64,000 nt of DNA from Candidatus Caldarchaeum sp. (GCA_038844785.1 JAWBRA010000006.1:8244-72243), one strand, 5' to 3'; shown: positions 19,923 through 30,725, counted from the stretch's first letter. Notes: a model not told the origin generated them from the letters alone. Numbers and translations are program-made.

Positions 19923-21209
19923 ATGGACAGGAGAATCAGCGCTATCACCAGAGCTCAAGCTCTGGTTGTAGTTGCTGTTGTTGTGATAGCAGCAGTCGCC
20001 GGCGTAGGTCTTTTAACGATAGGCATCCCAGGCGCTGGACGAACACCTCAAATCAGTGAAGTCAGGATCGGGCTTGTGGAGCCTCTCAGCGGAGCATACG
20101 CCGTGTTCGGCAACGAGGCTAAGCAAGCGGCTGAGTTGGTAGTGGATGAGATAAACAGTAAAGGCGGTATATCCAGCCTCGGAGGCGCTAAGCTAAGGCT
20201 TTTCGTAGAAGACAGCAAGAGTACGGCTGATGGTGCTAGGCTTGCCGCTGAAAAGCTCGCGAACGTTGATAAAGTAAACGTCATCATAGGAGCGTTCATC
20301 AGCGCGCACACCCTTACAATGCTCGACGTGACCGAGCCGAAGAAAATCCTAGTCATGGCTGACGCCCTAGTCGACTACCTTACCGCGAGAGGGTTCAAAT
20401 ACATTGTGAGACTGCCGCCGAAGGCTTCGGTGCACGGAGCAACGAGCGTCGACTTCGCCGTAGAGCTCTTCAAACAAAATGGGATGAAGATAGAAAGGCC
20501 TGTGATAGTTCATTTTGACGGGCTATTCGGCGAGGTTACAGCCGACGGCATATACACTAGGCTGAGAGACCTTGGGATAAGGGTTGTTGACAGAATCAAG
20601 TATCCAACCGACATAACCGACATGTCGCCCATCATCGAGAGGATAAGACAGGCGAACCCTGATATTGTCTTCGTCGTCCCCTACTACGCCGACTCCGTGC
20701 TTTTCGCCAAAGCTGTGAAAACCCTCGGCCTCAAGGTTAAGTTCATAGCCGGAGCAGGAGGGACAGGTCTCGCAGACCCAGAGTCGATAAAAGCCGCCGG
20801 AGACGCAACAGAGTACATCACAAACACCTACAGCTACGACCCGTTCCTGCCGACAACCTACAACAAACAGCTCGTCCAAAACTTCCAGAACAAGTATGGA
20901 AAACTTCCTACGGAGGCTGCCGGAATAATCTTCTACACGCTTTGGACGTTGAAAGAAGCTCTGGAGCTCAGCGGGAAGAAGTTCCCCGACAACCCGCTCT
21001 CGGGAGACAGTTTGATGCAAGCATTGTCCGAGCTAGATCTTAGAAGCGGCCCAGCTGCTGAGACATACCCGTCCGGAAGGATAAAGATAGGGCCTACCGG
21101 AGACAACATATATGCTCAGGCTGTCGTCCTCCAAGTCCAGAACGGCAAGCCCGTGCTGGTATATCCGTTTGAAAAAGCATCGGCTAAAACACTGTTCCCG
21201 AGACCATAG
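19923..21209 (+). CDS. ABC transporter substrate-binding protein, LivK/LivJ family
   Basis: Class III-like signal (RRISAIT + hydrophobic stretch), IGLVEPLSGAYAVFG and INSKGGI. Confidence 0.9.
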   Translation: MDRRISAITRAQALVVVAVVVIAAVAGVGLLTIGIPGAGRTPQISEVRIGLVEPLSGAYAVFGNEAKQAAELVVDEINSKGGISSLGGAKLRLFVEDSKSTADGARLAAEKLANVDKVNVIIGAFISAHTLTMLDVTEPKKILVMADALVDYLTARGFKYIVRLPPKASVHGATSVDFAVELFKQNGMKIERPVIVHFDGLFGEVTADGIYTRLRDLGIRVVDRIKYPTDITDMSPIIERIRQANPDIVFVVPYYADSVLFAKAVKTLGLKVKFIAGAGGTGLADPESIKAAGDATEYITNTYSYDPFLPTTYNKQLVQNFQNKYGKLPTEAAGIIFYTLWTLKEALELSGKKFPDNPLSGDSLMQALSELDLRSGPAAETYPSGRIKIGPTGDNIYAQAVVLQVQNGKPVLVYPFEKASAKTLFPRP

Positions 21210-21252
21210 CCTCAAACACCCTTTTTATTTTCCGCGTAAAGTGTAACATGAC

Positions 21253-22131
21253 ATGGTTGGAGCCGAACTACCTCTCCTGCTCCTTCAAACAGTAGTTTTC
21301 GGCTTGATGCTTGGCGGGGTCTACGCTCTCGCAGCAATGGGTCTAGCGCTGCTTTTCGGCGTGGCTAACCTAATCAACTTCGCCCACGGCGAATACGTCA
21401 TGCTCGCCATGTACATAACTTATCTAGTAAGCATAAGCTTTTTCCAAGACCCTGTTCTCTCGCCTGTTGTAACCATCCCGGCTTTCTTCGGCATAGGTGT
21501 CTTGACTTATCTTGGGGTTTTTAAAAGGCTGATAAAAGCACCCCCGCTCTCCCAGATAGCTGCGACAGTAGGTATACTGGTGTTGCTGCGGAACCTAGCT
21601 CTGGCCATTTGGGCTGCGGAGCCCAAAGCACCTCCCACCACCGTTTTCGCTAGCTCTATAATCATCGGGCCGATAATCATCCCGTTAGACAAGCTGCTGG
21701 CAACATGCGTGAGTCTAGCGGCTCTAGCAGCACTCAACCAGTTTCTTGAAAGAAGCAGGCTAGGGGTTGCGATGCGGGCGGCAGCAGACGATGTTGAAGC
21801 TGTTTCATTGATGGGTGTGGACGTGGGTAGACTTTTTTTATTGACTACAGGAATAAGCATGGCTCTTGTGGGACTGTCAGGCTCGCTCATAATGACATAT
21901 CAAGCGGTGACACCTACCTCAGGCCTGTTGTTCGGTCTGCTCACGTGGGCGATAGTGGCTTTAGCTGGGCTGGGAACAGTCAAAGGCATCTTCATATCCT
22001 CGATAATCTTCGGTCTTGCCGACAGCTTTGCCTCAGGCCTTTGGGATGCCAGAGGCAGGGAGATAGCCCTGTACGGCTTGTTCATACTTATTCTATGGCT
22101 TAAGCCTAAGGGGTTGTTCGGGAGGAGGTAG
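21253..22131 (+). CDS. livH: Branched-chain amino acid-type ABC permease (LivH-like)
   Basis: YALAAMGLALLFGVANLINFAHGE and KPKGLFG motifs. Confidence 0.88.
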   Translation: MVGAELPLLLLQTVVFGLMLGGVYALAAMGLALLFGVANLINFAHGEYVMLAMYITYLVSISFFQDPVLSPVVTIPAFFGIGVLTYLGVFKRLIKAPPLSQIAATVGILVLLRNLALAIWAAEPKAPPTTVFASSIIIGPIIIPLDKLLATCVSLAALAALNQFLERSRLGVAMRAAADDVEAVSLMGVDVGRLFLLTTGISMALVGLSGSLIMTYQAVTPTSGLLFGLLTWAIVALAGLGTVKGIFISSIIFGLADSFASGLWDARGREIALYGLFILILWLKPKGLFGRR

Positions 22132-22133
22132 AC

Positions 22134-23099
22134 GTGAAAGCCGGTTTTCCCATAGCGGTTCTCGCAGCACTGCTTCTGCTACTCCCGCTTATGCTAGGGC
22201 TAAACGACTACTATGTTTTCCTCACGACGTTAATCCTACTCTACACCACGATAGTGGTGGCTTGGCAGCTGATCGGCGGTCTGGGAGGCCAGCTCGACCT
22301 GGGGGCTGGAGCCTACCATGGGCTGGGAGCAATAATCACAGGCTACTTCATGGTTTACCATAACTTATCCGGATGGGCTGGGCTTGTCTTAAGCGGTTTA
22401 GCGGCTGCTGGAGTGGCGTTCATCATAGGTTATCCAAGCTTCAGGTTTGGACTGCGTGAGGTTTGGTACGCCCTCTCCTCGCTTGCCCTCGTCCTGATAC
22501 TGCAGAAAATTTTCCTGCTTTGGACAGATGTTGCAGGCCCTCTTGAAAGATACATACCTTACATGGAGTTCGACCCGTTCTTCATGAAGTCAGGCTACAA
22601 AGTCTTTTACTACTACATCGTCTTAGCGCTTCTGGCGGCAACCTTCATCATAGTCTTCAAGGTCAAAAAAGGAAAGACTGGCCTCTATCTGATGAGCATC
22701 AGGGAAAACGAGGACGCGGCGGAGATGCTGGGAGTGGATGTCAGAAAATACAAGCTGCTGGCGTTGATGCTTTACAGTTTCATAACAGCTATCACAGGCG
22801 GGGTTTACACAAGCATGGTGGGTTTCTACCATCCAACCCTCTTCGACAGCTGGATAAGCATCCAGACAGTAACTCTAGCGATAGCGGGTGGATTGGGCCA
22901 TTTCTGGGGTCCGGCCATCACGTCGGCGGTCTTGCTCTCCGTGCAAGAATATCTGAGGATAACCCTCGGCGCGGTTATCATAGGTCTTCATCAAGTCATC
23001 TTCGGCATAACCCTGATAATCATAATACTCTTCAAACCCGACGGTGTAGGCCCGTTGATAGACAGTCTGACAACAAGGCTTATGAAGCTGCAGCGGTAA
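22134..23099 (+). CDS. livM: Branched-chain amino acid-type ABC permease (LivM-like)
   Basis: GGQLDLG, SIRENEDAAEMLGVD and GGLGHFWGP motifs. Confidence 0.88.
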   Translation: MKAGFPIAVLAALLLLLPLMLGLNDYYVFLTTLILLYTTIVVAWQLIGGLGGQLDLGAGAYHGLGAIITGYFMVYHNLSGWAGLVLSGLAAAGVAFIIGYPSFRFGLREVWYALSSLALVLILQKIFLLWTDVAGPLERYIPYMEFDPFFMKSGYKVFYYYIVLALLAATFIIVFKVKKGKTGLYLMSIRENEDAAEMLGVDVRKYKLLALMLYSFITAITGGVYTSMVGFYHPTLFDSWISIQTVTLAIAGGLGHFWGPAITSAVLLSVQEYLRITLGAVIIGLHQVIFGITLIIIILFKPDGVGPLIDSLTTRLMKLQR

Positions 23100-23134
23100 T
23101 CCTTTTTAACATGCCGGCAATAGTGTGAACTAGG

Positions 23135-23869
23135 TTGGCGGTCTTAAAAGTTGAAAACTTGACGAAGAAATTCGGCGCCATCACCGCGTTGAACAACGTC
23201 AGCATGTCTGTCAACGAGCATGAGATAGTGGGTTTGATAGGGCCTAACGGAGCTGGAAAAACAACACTCTTCAACGTCGTCACAGGCTTTCTCAAGCCTG
23301 ATTCAGGGAGGGTGAAGCTGTTCGGAGAAGACGTTACCGGGTTTAACCCGCATCAGATAGCCTTCAGAGGCGTCGCACGATGCTTTCAAGTTGTCAAGCC
23401 TTTCCTCGGGATGACCGTTTTCGAAACCGTAATGGTTGGTGCTTACCTGAGGACACGTGACGCTAAAACCGCTGAGGCAAAGGCTGTTGAGGCCATGAAG
23501 CTTACCGGAATATACGGGCTTAGAAACAGGATGGCGAGGGAGCTGAACACGCCGCAGCTGAAGCTTGTCGAGCTGGCGCGAAGCCTGGCCACAAAACCGC
23601 GCATCCTCCTGCTGGATGAGCTTGTATCAGGGCTGACGCCAACCGAAGTAGACCACATGACGGGCTTGATGAGAAAGTTGAACATAGAGCTTGGTATAAC
23701 TATACTGTTGGTGGAGCATGTCATGAGATTTGTCATGAACATCTCCAACAGGGTGGTTGTGCTGAACCATGGCGAGGTAATAAGCGAGGGCACGCCTCAG
23801 GAGGTCAGCAACGACGTCAAAGTCATAGAAGCGTATCTGGGAACGAGAAACACCGCTGGGAAGGGTTGA
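23135..23869 (+). CDS. livG: ABC ATP-binding protein (LivG-like)
   Basis: GPNGAGKTT, LLLDE, VEHVM and VIEAYLG motifs. Confidence 0.9.
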   Translation: MAVLKVENLTKKFGAITALNNVSMSVNEHEIVGLIGPNGAGKTTLFNVVTGFLKPDSGRVKLFGEDVTGFNPHQIAFRGVARCFQVVKPFLGMTVFETVMVGAYLRTRDAKTAEAKAVEAMKLTGIYGLRNRMARELNTPQLKLVELARSLATKPRILLLDELVSGLTPTEVDHMTGLMRKLNIELGITILLVEHVMRFVMNISNRVVVLNHGEVISEGTPQEVSNDVKVIEAYLGTRNTAGKG

Positions 23870-24585
23870 GAGACATGGCCATGCTAGAAACCGTCAACCT
23901 TAACGCAGGATATTCAAGCCTCCAAATACTCTGGGACGTCAACATATCTGTTCCTGAAGCATCCATAACCGCTTTGATAGGATCTAACGGGGCGGGGAAA
24001 AGCACTCTGATAAAAACCCTAGCTGGATTACTAAAGCCTTACTCAGGGAAAATCTTCTTCAAAAACGTCGACATAACCGGGATGCCCCCTCATAAGATCA
24101 AGTCTCTCGGACTTTCCACAGTTCCCGAAGGAAGAAGACTGTTTCCAAACCTGACTGTGAGGGAGAACCTTCTGATGGGGGCATACAGCATCCGTGACCG
24201 TAAGCAGTTTGATGAAAAAATCTCATGGGTTGAGGAGATGTTCCCCGTCCTTCGCGAGAGAAGCAGCCAGCCTGCGCGACAGCTGAGCGGCGGCGAGGCC
24301 CAGATGCTTGCAATAGCGAGAGCTCTTGTCTCCAGCTCAGACCTTCTGGTTGTAGACGAGCCAAGCCTTGGTTTGGCGCCAAAGCTTGTTGACATGATTT
24401 TCGCAAAGCTCGAGGAGCTTAGGGAGAAAGATTTCACAATACTCGTTGTAGACCAGTTTGTTGAAAGAGCTTTGAACGTCTGCGACTACGTCTACGTAAT
24501 GGAGAACGGGAGGATAGTCATGTCGGGAACCAGCGACGAAATCCAGAACAACGTGGAGCTCAAGAAACATTACATCGGTCTTTAG
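23866..24585 (+). CDS. livF: ABC ATP-binding protein (LivF-like)
   Basis: GSNGAGKST, VPEGRRLF, LSGGE and DEPSLGLAP motifs. Confidence 0.9.
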   Translation: MRDMAMLETVNLNAGYSSLQILWDVNISVPEASITALIGSNGAGKSTLIKTLAGLLKPYSGKIFFKNVDITGMPPHKIKSLGLSTVPEGRRLFPNLTVRENLLMGAYSIRDRKQFDEKISWVEEMFPVLRERSSQPARQLSGGEAQMLAIARALVSSSDLLVVDEPSLGLAPKLVDMIFAKLEELREKDFTILVVDQFVERALNVCDYVYVMENGRIVMSGTSDEIQNNVELKKHYIGL

Positions 24586-25508
24586 CTGGGAATTTTCAGC
24601 GACAGCAGAGATGCGATTAATGCTGCCCTAACGTATACGCCGTTCTCGGCTTGGGTAAAATACTTTGCCTGCGGGATGCCGTCAACCTCGGGTGAAAGCT
24701 CGTCAACCCTTGGAAGCGGATGCAGTATGATGGGTGTTTTTCTCAGCCTTTTTAACGCCTCCAACGTAACGGTGTAGCTCCCCTTCAACGATTCGTAGAG
24801 CTTTTGGTCTGTAAACCTCTCCTTTTGAAGCCTCGTCACATACAGAACGTCGAGCTCATGCTTCACTTCTTCAAGCCGTGTGTGCTGATGTGTTTCGAGG
24901 TTTTTGACAGCCTCCAATATTTCTTGTCTTATCTGAAGCTCCGGCGGAGCGATAAAGTGTATTTTGACGTCATCGAATTTTGACAGGAGGTAGGAGAGGC
25001 TGCTGGGTGTTCTACCGTACCTGAGGTCCCCCATGATGCCTATCCTTAAACCATCAACACTTCCAAAGATCTCCCAAATAGTGTAAACATCCAGCAGAGC
25101 CTGTGTTGGATGCTCGTTCCAGCCGTCTCCGGCGTTTATCACGGAGCAGCGGACGATTTTTGATGTTTTCTCAGCAGCTCCAACCTCCCTACTTCTCAAA
25201 ACTATGATGTCAGGTGCATATCCGTCCAGCATTCGTACAGTATCCTCGAAAGACTCGCCCTTAGCCCTGCTGGTAACCTCTTCAGGCCCAAAGTCTATAA
25301 CCATTCCCCCAAGCCTTTTCATGGCGAAGGTGAAGCTCAATCTAGTCCTAGTGCTTGGTTCAAGGAATACCGTTATGAGAATCCTGTCGCCCGCTATGTC
25401 GATGACCCTATGCTGTTTAAACAGCTGCTTAAGCTTCCGAGAGTCTTCGAAAAGCTTCAGCACTTCCTGCCGTTCAAACTGTTTTGCAGAAAGGATGTGA
25501 CGGGTCAT
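24582..25508 (-). CDS. pyrB: Aspartate carbamoyltransferase catalytic subunit
   Basis: FLEPSTRTRLSF, KGES, NAGDG..EHPTQALLD, RLQKER and HPLPR motifs. Confidence 0.95.
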   Translation of the reverse strand: MTRHILSAKQFERQEVLKLFEDSRKLKQLFKQHRVIDIAGDRILITVFLEPSTRTRLSFTFAMKRLGGMVIDFGPEEVTSRAKGESFEDTVRMLDGYAPDIIVLRSREVGAAEKTSKIVRCSVINAGDGWNEHPTQALLDVYTIWEIFGSVDGLRIGIMGDLRYGRTPSSLSYLLSKFDDVKIHFIAPPELQIRQEILEAVKNLETHQHTRLEEVKHELDVLYVTRLQKERFTDQKLYESLKGSYTVTLEALKRLRKTPIILHPLPRVDELSPEVDGIPQAKYFTQAENGVYVRAALIASLLSLKIPS

Positions 25509-25626
25509 GGATTACGCTGGCCAGATACCGTATTTAGGTGTTAAAGGAAGCTACAGCGGAAAACCAACAGTAACACACGAACAGAATCTATCTCTAAATT
25601 GTGGTTTATCCATAACTGCTGTTAGA

Positions 25627-27342
25627 ATGGTGGCTGATTTAGATGTTGATGTGGCTGTAATTGGCTCAGGCCTAGCTGGCCTGCGTGCTGCAATAGAAGC
25701 CAGCAGAACAAGCAAGAACAAGCTTGTTGTGGGTGTTTTCACGAAGACACAGGTCATGCGTTCTCATTCCGTCTCAGCCGAGGGAGGCACGGCTGCAGTC
25801 CTATACCCGGAGGAGGGCGACTCCTACCAATCCCATATCTACGACACGATTAAAGGCTCGGACTTCCTAGCCGACCAAGACGCCGTCGAGCTCTTCGTAA
25901 AGAAAGCCCCTGAGGAGATTTTACAGCTTGAGAGATGGGGCATGCCGTGGTCTAGACGGCCGGATGGTAAGATTGCTCAAAGGTCTTTCGGCGGGCAGAG
26001 CTATCCACGCGCCTGCTACGCCGAGGATAAGGTTGGCTTCTTCGAGATGAGCACCCTCTACGACACCGCTCTCAAACATGACAACATCCAGTTCTTCCCT
26101 GAATGGGCGGCCATCTCGCTGTTGGTGGAAAAGGGAAAATTCAAGGGGCTTGTTGCTTTGGAGCTCAAGACAGGGAAAACACACGTGGTGGCTGCTAAAG
26201 CAGGCATCATGGCAACAGGTGGTGCTGGAAGGCTTTACACATTCGCAACATATGGATACTCTTCAACTCCTGATGGCCTCTACATAGCCTACCGTGCTGG
26301 AGCACCTCTGAAAGACATGGAGTTCGTCCAATTCCATCCAACAGGTCTTGCACCGTCAGGCATCTTGATAACTGAGGCGGCGAGAGGCGAGGGGGGAATA
26401 CTCGTCAACGCAAAAGGCGAAAGATTCATGAAAAAATACGCGCCTGAGAAGATGGAGCTTGCGCCACGCGACATCATCTCTAGAGCTATGTATACGGAGA
26501 TGGCTGAGGGTAGGGGGGTTGAGGGCCCTGATGGCATGAAGCACCTCTACCTTGACCTACGTGAGGTGGGCGAGGAGAAGATAAAGAAACGACTTGCTGG
26601 AATACGTGAGATATGCATGCGGCTTGCTGGGATAGACCCCATAAACGAACCCATCCCGGTCAGGCCAGTAGCCCACTACTACATGGGTGGTATAGATACA
26701 AACATCGGAGGGGCCACAAACATAGCTGGGTTATGGGCTGCCGGCGAGGTTGCATGCGTATCGATAAACGGCGCCAACAGGCTTGGTTCAAACTCTACAA
26801 CAGAGTGTCTTGTCTGGGGAGCTATAACAGGTAAGGCGGCTGCGGAGTACGTCATCGCTGGACACAACCCGACAGCCATCTCCGCCTCAGAAGTTGAAGC
26901 AATCAACAAACATGTATACGACGAGCTGCTGGGAAAAGCTCCCCGGGAAAATCCCTACGACATCAGGGCCGAGCTGCAATCAACCATGGAGAGAACATGC
27001 CACATCTACCGTGATGAAAAAACGATGCTGGAAGGCTTGGATGAGCTTAGAAAGCTAAAGCAGAAGATGTTCAGAGGTGTTGTAGACAGCAGCAGGTATT
27101 ACAACACAAACCTGATGAATGTTCTCGAGATAGAAATGATGATCGATGTAGCTGAGATAATTCTAGTGTCTGCGTTGAACAGGAAGGAATCCCGCGGAGC
27201 CCATGCAAGGATAGACTATCCGAAAAGAGATGACGTCAACTTTCTCAAACACACGCTCGCATACTACACCGAGGAGGGGCCGAGAATTGAGTATATTAAT
27301 CCAACAATAACGGAATACATGCCTACGGAGCGGAGGTATTGA
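25627..27342 (+). CDS. sdhA: Succinate dehydrogenase flavoprotein subunit
   Basis: RSHSVSAEGG, QFHPTG, EAARGEGG, HYYMGG and GANRLGSNS motifs. Likely start is the ATG at 25627. Confidence 0.95.
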   Translation: MVADLDVDVAVIGSGLAGLRAAIEASRTSKNKLVVGVFTKTQVMRSHSVSAEGGTAAVLYPEEGDSYQSHIYDTIKGSDFLADQDAVELFVKKAPEEILQLERWGMPWSRRPDGKIAQRSFGGQSYPRACYAEDKVGFFEMSTLYDTALKHDNIQFFPEWAAISLLVEKGKFKGLVALELKTGKTHVVAAKAGIMATGGAGRLYTFATYGYSSTPDGLYIAYRAGAPLKDMEFVQFHPTGLAPSGILITEAARGEGGILVNAKGERFMKKYAPEKMELAPRDIISRAMYTEMAEGRGVEGPDGMKHLYLDLREVGEEKIKKRLAGIREICMRLAGIDPINEPIPVRPVAHYYMGGIDTNIGGATNIAGLWAAGEVACVSINGANRLGSNSTTECLVWGAITGKAAAEYVIAGHNPTAISASEVEAINKHVYDELLGKAPRENPYDIRAELQSTMERTCHIYRDEKTMLEGLDELRKLKQKMFRGVVDSSRYYNTNLMNVLEIEMMIDVAEIILVSALNRKESRGAHARIDYPKRDDVNFLKHTLAYYTEEGPRIEYINPTITEYMPTERRY

Positions 27343-27816
27343 GTGATGAGTGTAGTTGTTAACGCGTTGAAGACCTGGCTCATACCTATCCGATACGGTG
27401 TGGAGCGATGGAGTTACACGTTGCAGCGTGTTTCAGGTGTTGTGCTCACCTTATACTTCATAGCCCACGTTGTCGAGACAGGCAACGTAGTAGGCGGAGC
27501 TGGTGTTTGGACGCTTCCACCCTACGAGTATGCTGAAAGGGTTTGGAACGAGACTAAAGCGTTTCTCGCAAACCCGCTGTTCGACGCAGGGCTGGCCGTC
27601 TTAGCTTTTCTAATCTTCTTCCACACAGTCAACGGCGTCAGGCTTTTCCTAACCCATCTAGGGCTGACATTGGGCAAGCCTGGCAGGCCAGAGTATCCCT
27701 ACAGGGCTGCGTCCATGACCGTGGCTCAGAAAGCGCTTTTCTGGATAAGCGTGGTGCTCGCCGTCGCCGCCCTTGTTTACGCAGTCGACGTATTCTTTAA
27801 GGTGCTGCAGATATGA
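27343..27816 (+). CDS. sdhC: Succinate dehydrogenase cytochrome b membrane subunit
   Basis: LQRVSG...IAH...FHTVNGVR with three TM helices; operon position. Confidence 0.85.
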   Translation: MMSVVVNALKTWLIPIRYGVERWSYTLQRVSGVVLTLYFIAHVVETGNVVGGAGVWTLPPYEYAERVWNETKAFLANPLFDAGLAVLAFLIFFHTVNGVRLFLTHLGLTLGKPGRPEYPYRAASMTVAQKALFWISVVLAVAALVYAVDVFFKVLQI

Positions 27817-28175
27817 GGGAGAAGAACTTAATGCTGCTCCACTACATTACCGGCTTGGGCATTATCATATTCGGGGGAATCCATCTAGCCACCGTTTTTC
27901 TACTCAGCCCTTACCACGCCAGCATGGAGTTTGACAACAACCCCTTCGCCGTTCTTTCTGTCTACAGAAACGTGCTGCTGGCAGGTAGCTTGGAGGGTTT
28001 ACTTATTCTCGTGACATTCCATGGCTTCAACGGCCTGCGGGTGATTCTCCAAGAACTCCACCAGGGAAAAACCTACACAAGGGCTGTCAGCCTTCTGCTG
28101 ACCATCGTGGGAATAGCGGTGGTGGTTTACGGGACGAGAACCATTCTGATAGCCCATCAGCTTGCAAGCTTGTAA
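27813..28175 (+). CDS. sdhD: Succinate dehydrogenase membrane anchor subunit
   Basis: LHYITG...IH...FHGFNGLRVIL; operon position. Confidence 0.85.
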   Translation: MREKNLMLLHYITGLGIIIFGGIHLATVFLLSPYHASMEFDNNPFAVLSVYRNVLLAGSLEGLLILVTFHGFNGLRVILQELHQGKTYTRAVSLLLTIVGIAVVVYGTRTILIAHQLASL

Positions 28176-28179
28176 GTAG

Positions 28180-28902
28180 GTGATTGGTTTGGAGGAGGTA
28201 AAGTTCAAGGTTTTGCGCTACGACCCTGACAAGGACGGGAAGAAGACATACCAGACATATACTGTCCCCGTCAGTAGAGGTATGACGGTTCTGCAGGGCC
28301 TGCTCTACATAAAGGAGAAGATCGACCAGACTCTTGCGATAAGGTTTTCATGCAGGATGGCTACCTGCGGCTCCTGTGGAATGACTATTAACGGTCTTCC
28401 AAGGCTTGCCTGCTACACCCTGATAGAAGAGCTGAAAACCAGAACAATTACGGTTGAGCCTTTACGAAACTTCCCATTAATCAGAGACCTCGTAGTGGAC
28501 TTTGACGAATTCTTCCAAAAACACAGGTCAGTGAAACCCTACCTGATAAGAATAGACACCTACGAGCAGGAAAAATCAAACATTTCCTATCTTCAGTCGG
28601 ATGAGGAGCTCGAAAAATACCTGCAGTTTACATACTGTATAAAATGCGGCCTCTGCTACGCAGCATGCCCGGTGGTGGCCACCGACAAGCATTTCCTCGG
28701 CCCTCAAGCGCTCGCACAGCTTTACCGATATCTTGCCGACTCACGCGACGAAGGGGGCAGGGATAGATTAGCATCCGTAGCTGACGGACACTCGCTTCTC
28801 AGATGCCATTTCGCAGCCTCCTGCAGCCAAGTCTGCCCGAAAGGCGTTGACCCAGCCCTCGCCATACAGCTGCTCCGCAGGGAAGTGCTTTTAAAGGGCT
28901 GA
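28180..28902 (+). CDS. sdhB: Succinate dehydrogenase iron-sulfur subunit
   Basis: SCRMATCGSC, CIKCGLCYAACP and CHFAASCSQVCP cluster motifs. Confidence 0.95.
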   Translation: MIGLEEVKFKVLRYDPDKDGKKTYQTYTVPVSRGMTVLQGLLYIKEKIDQTLAIRFSCRMATCGSCGMTINGLPRLACYTLIEELKTRTITVEPLRNFPLIRDLVVDFDEFFQKHRSVKPYLIRIDTYEQEKSNISYLQSDEELEKYLQFTYCIKCGLCYAACPVVATDKHFLGPQALAQLYRYLADSRDEGGRDRLASVADGHSLLRCHFAASCSQVCPKGVDPALAIQLLRREVLLKG

Positions 28903-28921
28903 AAGACGTTCAAACAACAGC

Positions 28922-30274
28922 TTGGCCGTGTATCCCGCTTTCATTCTTTTCGTCGCGGTAGGAGTAGCCGTAGCCGGATTCCTCTTTTTTGTGAGAGGAC
29001 TCAGACCTGTGTTTAACGCCGAAAACCTTACGGCAGCGCTACCGCTACTCTTCACAGCTTCATACGGAGCTGAGTATGTAGTGTCAGTAGGCCTGTGGCC
29101 TGCTGCTTTACTGACTACAGCTGTAGTAGTCGGGTTTTTTATTCCTTTAGCGGTGCTTGCCGAAAAATCCAGCATGCCGAAGCCTGCTGGGTTCAGGGCA
29201 GTTCGTAATATAGGCCTTCTCATGACGTTTGCAGCCGTTTTCAAGCTTTTGACAGACAACGGGTTGAACCCAATAACTGTAGTCATCTTCGCTGCATCGG
29301 GATTTGTCTACACATCGTTTTCTGGCAGACTGGGTAGGATACCTGCCCTAGCTCTTTCAAACATTACGGCAGCGGCCGGGCTTTCCCTGTCTTTCGTAAT
29401 TCCTCGAACTATTTTCACAACAGACACAACACTCATAGTTGCTATAATCACGTTGTACACGTTGGGGACGCTCAGCCAGACGAAACTAGAGAGGTTTAAG
29501 GAATGTTTAACACCAGTCCATCTTGCGTTGCTAACCGTCCTCACGGCTGCATTGCTGATCTCTCCACTATCCCGGGTTGAGACAGTGGATTCGGAGCTGA
29601 GGCTAGGCCAAGCCTTCTTCTTGATTCCAGCGGTTTTTCTAACATTTTCTTCGGCAGGAGCCAGGAACGCTTCCAGGTTTTTTGAAGCAATGCTGTTTTC
29701 GCTAGCTGCCAGCATAGCTGCCGTGGGAGGGGCGTTTCCCAACGCCGCGGCAGAGCTCCTTACACCTTTGGTGGGAGCTCCTGTCAAAGGAATGGCTGCT
29801 CAAGCCGTCCAAGCTGTTTTACAGCTGACGGGGCTTTCGACGCTGACCATGGTTCTGGCCCAGATGTCTGAAGCTGTTCAAACTGCCATCAAAACCAGGA
29901 TCAGTACCGCTCTCACATACGGGGCTCCAGCCGCAGCGATAATTTTGGCCGTATCCTCTGTAGTTGGTCAGCCCTCCGGACAAGCGATTCTTTTGGCAGG
30001 CTCTGTTAACATGCTTGCTTTCTCTCTTCTGATGGTGTGGTTGGGCGGGGTATGGCTGATGCCGGCTGTTTTCCTTTTCATAACGTCATCCAACACGGTC
30101 ATCATCCAGGCCTTGTCGCAGTTTTCCGTAGGCGTTCAGCCGTTCAACCCGCTTGTTTTCACATCCTTCATACCTTCGGCAACGTCCATGGCTGCGGTGG
30201 GTTTAGGGGTCTGGGGTTTTTCAGACGCTGTGGCGGCATGGCTTAGACGGCGAGCTTTATTAACAGGCATTTAA
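28922..30274 (+). CDS. Polytopic membrane protein, possibly a highly diverged CstA-like transporter
   Basis: Many TM helices; [17 protein letters not shown] and [11 protein letters not shown] loosely recall CstA segments. Confidence 0.45.
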   Translation: MAVYPAFILFVAVGVAVAGFLFFVRGLRPVFNAENLTAALPLLFTASYGAEYVVSVGLWPAALLTTAVVVGFFIPLAVLAEKSSMPKPAGFRAVRNIGLLMTFAAVFKLLTDNGLNPITVVIFAASGFVYTSFSGRLGRIPALALSNITAAAGLSLSFVIPRTIFTTDTTLIVAIITLYTLGTLSQTKLERFKECLTPVHLALLTVLTAALLISPLSRVETVDSELRLGQAFFLIPAVFLTFSSAGARNASRFFEAMLFSLAASIAAVGGAFPNAAAELLTPLVGAPVKGMAAQAVQAVLQLTGLSTLTMVLAQMSEAVQTAIKTRISTALTYGAPAAAIILAVSSVVGQPSGQAILLAGSVNMLAFSLLMVWLGGVWLMPAVFLFITSSNTVIIQALSQFSVGVQPFNPLVFTSFIPSATSMAAVGLGVWGFSDAVAAWLRRRALLTGI

Positions 30275-30296
30275 CCTGAAAACTCTGGCGAAGGGT

Positions 30297-30725
30297 TTGG
30301 GAAACGGCGAATACGCAGCCCGGCATCTGAGAAAAGTCAGGAACAGGTTCAGATGGGCTATCAGAAAGTATAGAATAAGGATGTTGAGGCTTAAAGAGAA
30401 GACGGACCCGCTTGAGGGCGCGCCCATGGCTCGGGGGATAGTGGTACAGAAAGTGGGAATCGAGTCGAGACAGCCCAACTCAGCGGTTCGAAAATGCGTA
30501 AGGGTTCAGCTAATTAAAAACAGTAAGGTTGTGACCGCTTTCTTACCCGGCGACGGAGCGCTCAACGTCGTCGACGAACATGACGAGGTGCTGATAGAAG
30601 GGATTGGCGGCTCGATGGGCAAGTCAATGGGCGACCTGCCGGGCGTAAGATACAAAGTGATAATGGTGAACGACGCGCCGTTGGATTTGCTGGTAACAGG
30701 CGAGGTCAAGAAACCCAAACGCTGA
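30297..30725 (+). CDS. rps12: 30S ribosomal protein S12 (uS12), archaeal type
   Basis: [31 protein letters not shown] and [10 protein letters not shown] motifs. Confidence 0.95.
   Translation: MGNGEYAARHLRKVRNRFRWAIRKYRIRMLRLKEKTDPLEGAPMARGIVVQKVGIESRQPNSAVRKCVRVQLIKNSKVVTAFLPGDGALNVVDEHDEVLIEGIGGSMGKSMGDLPGVRYKVIMVNDAPLDLLVTGEVKKPKR

Noticed and set aside
30460-30490. Lys-to-Arg change in the S12 PNSA loop as a resistance allele
   Set aside because: ESRQPNSA is a normal variant in crenarchaeal-type S12.
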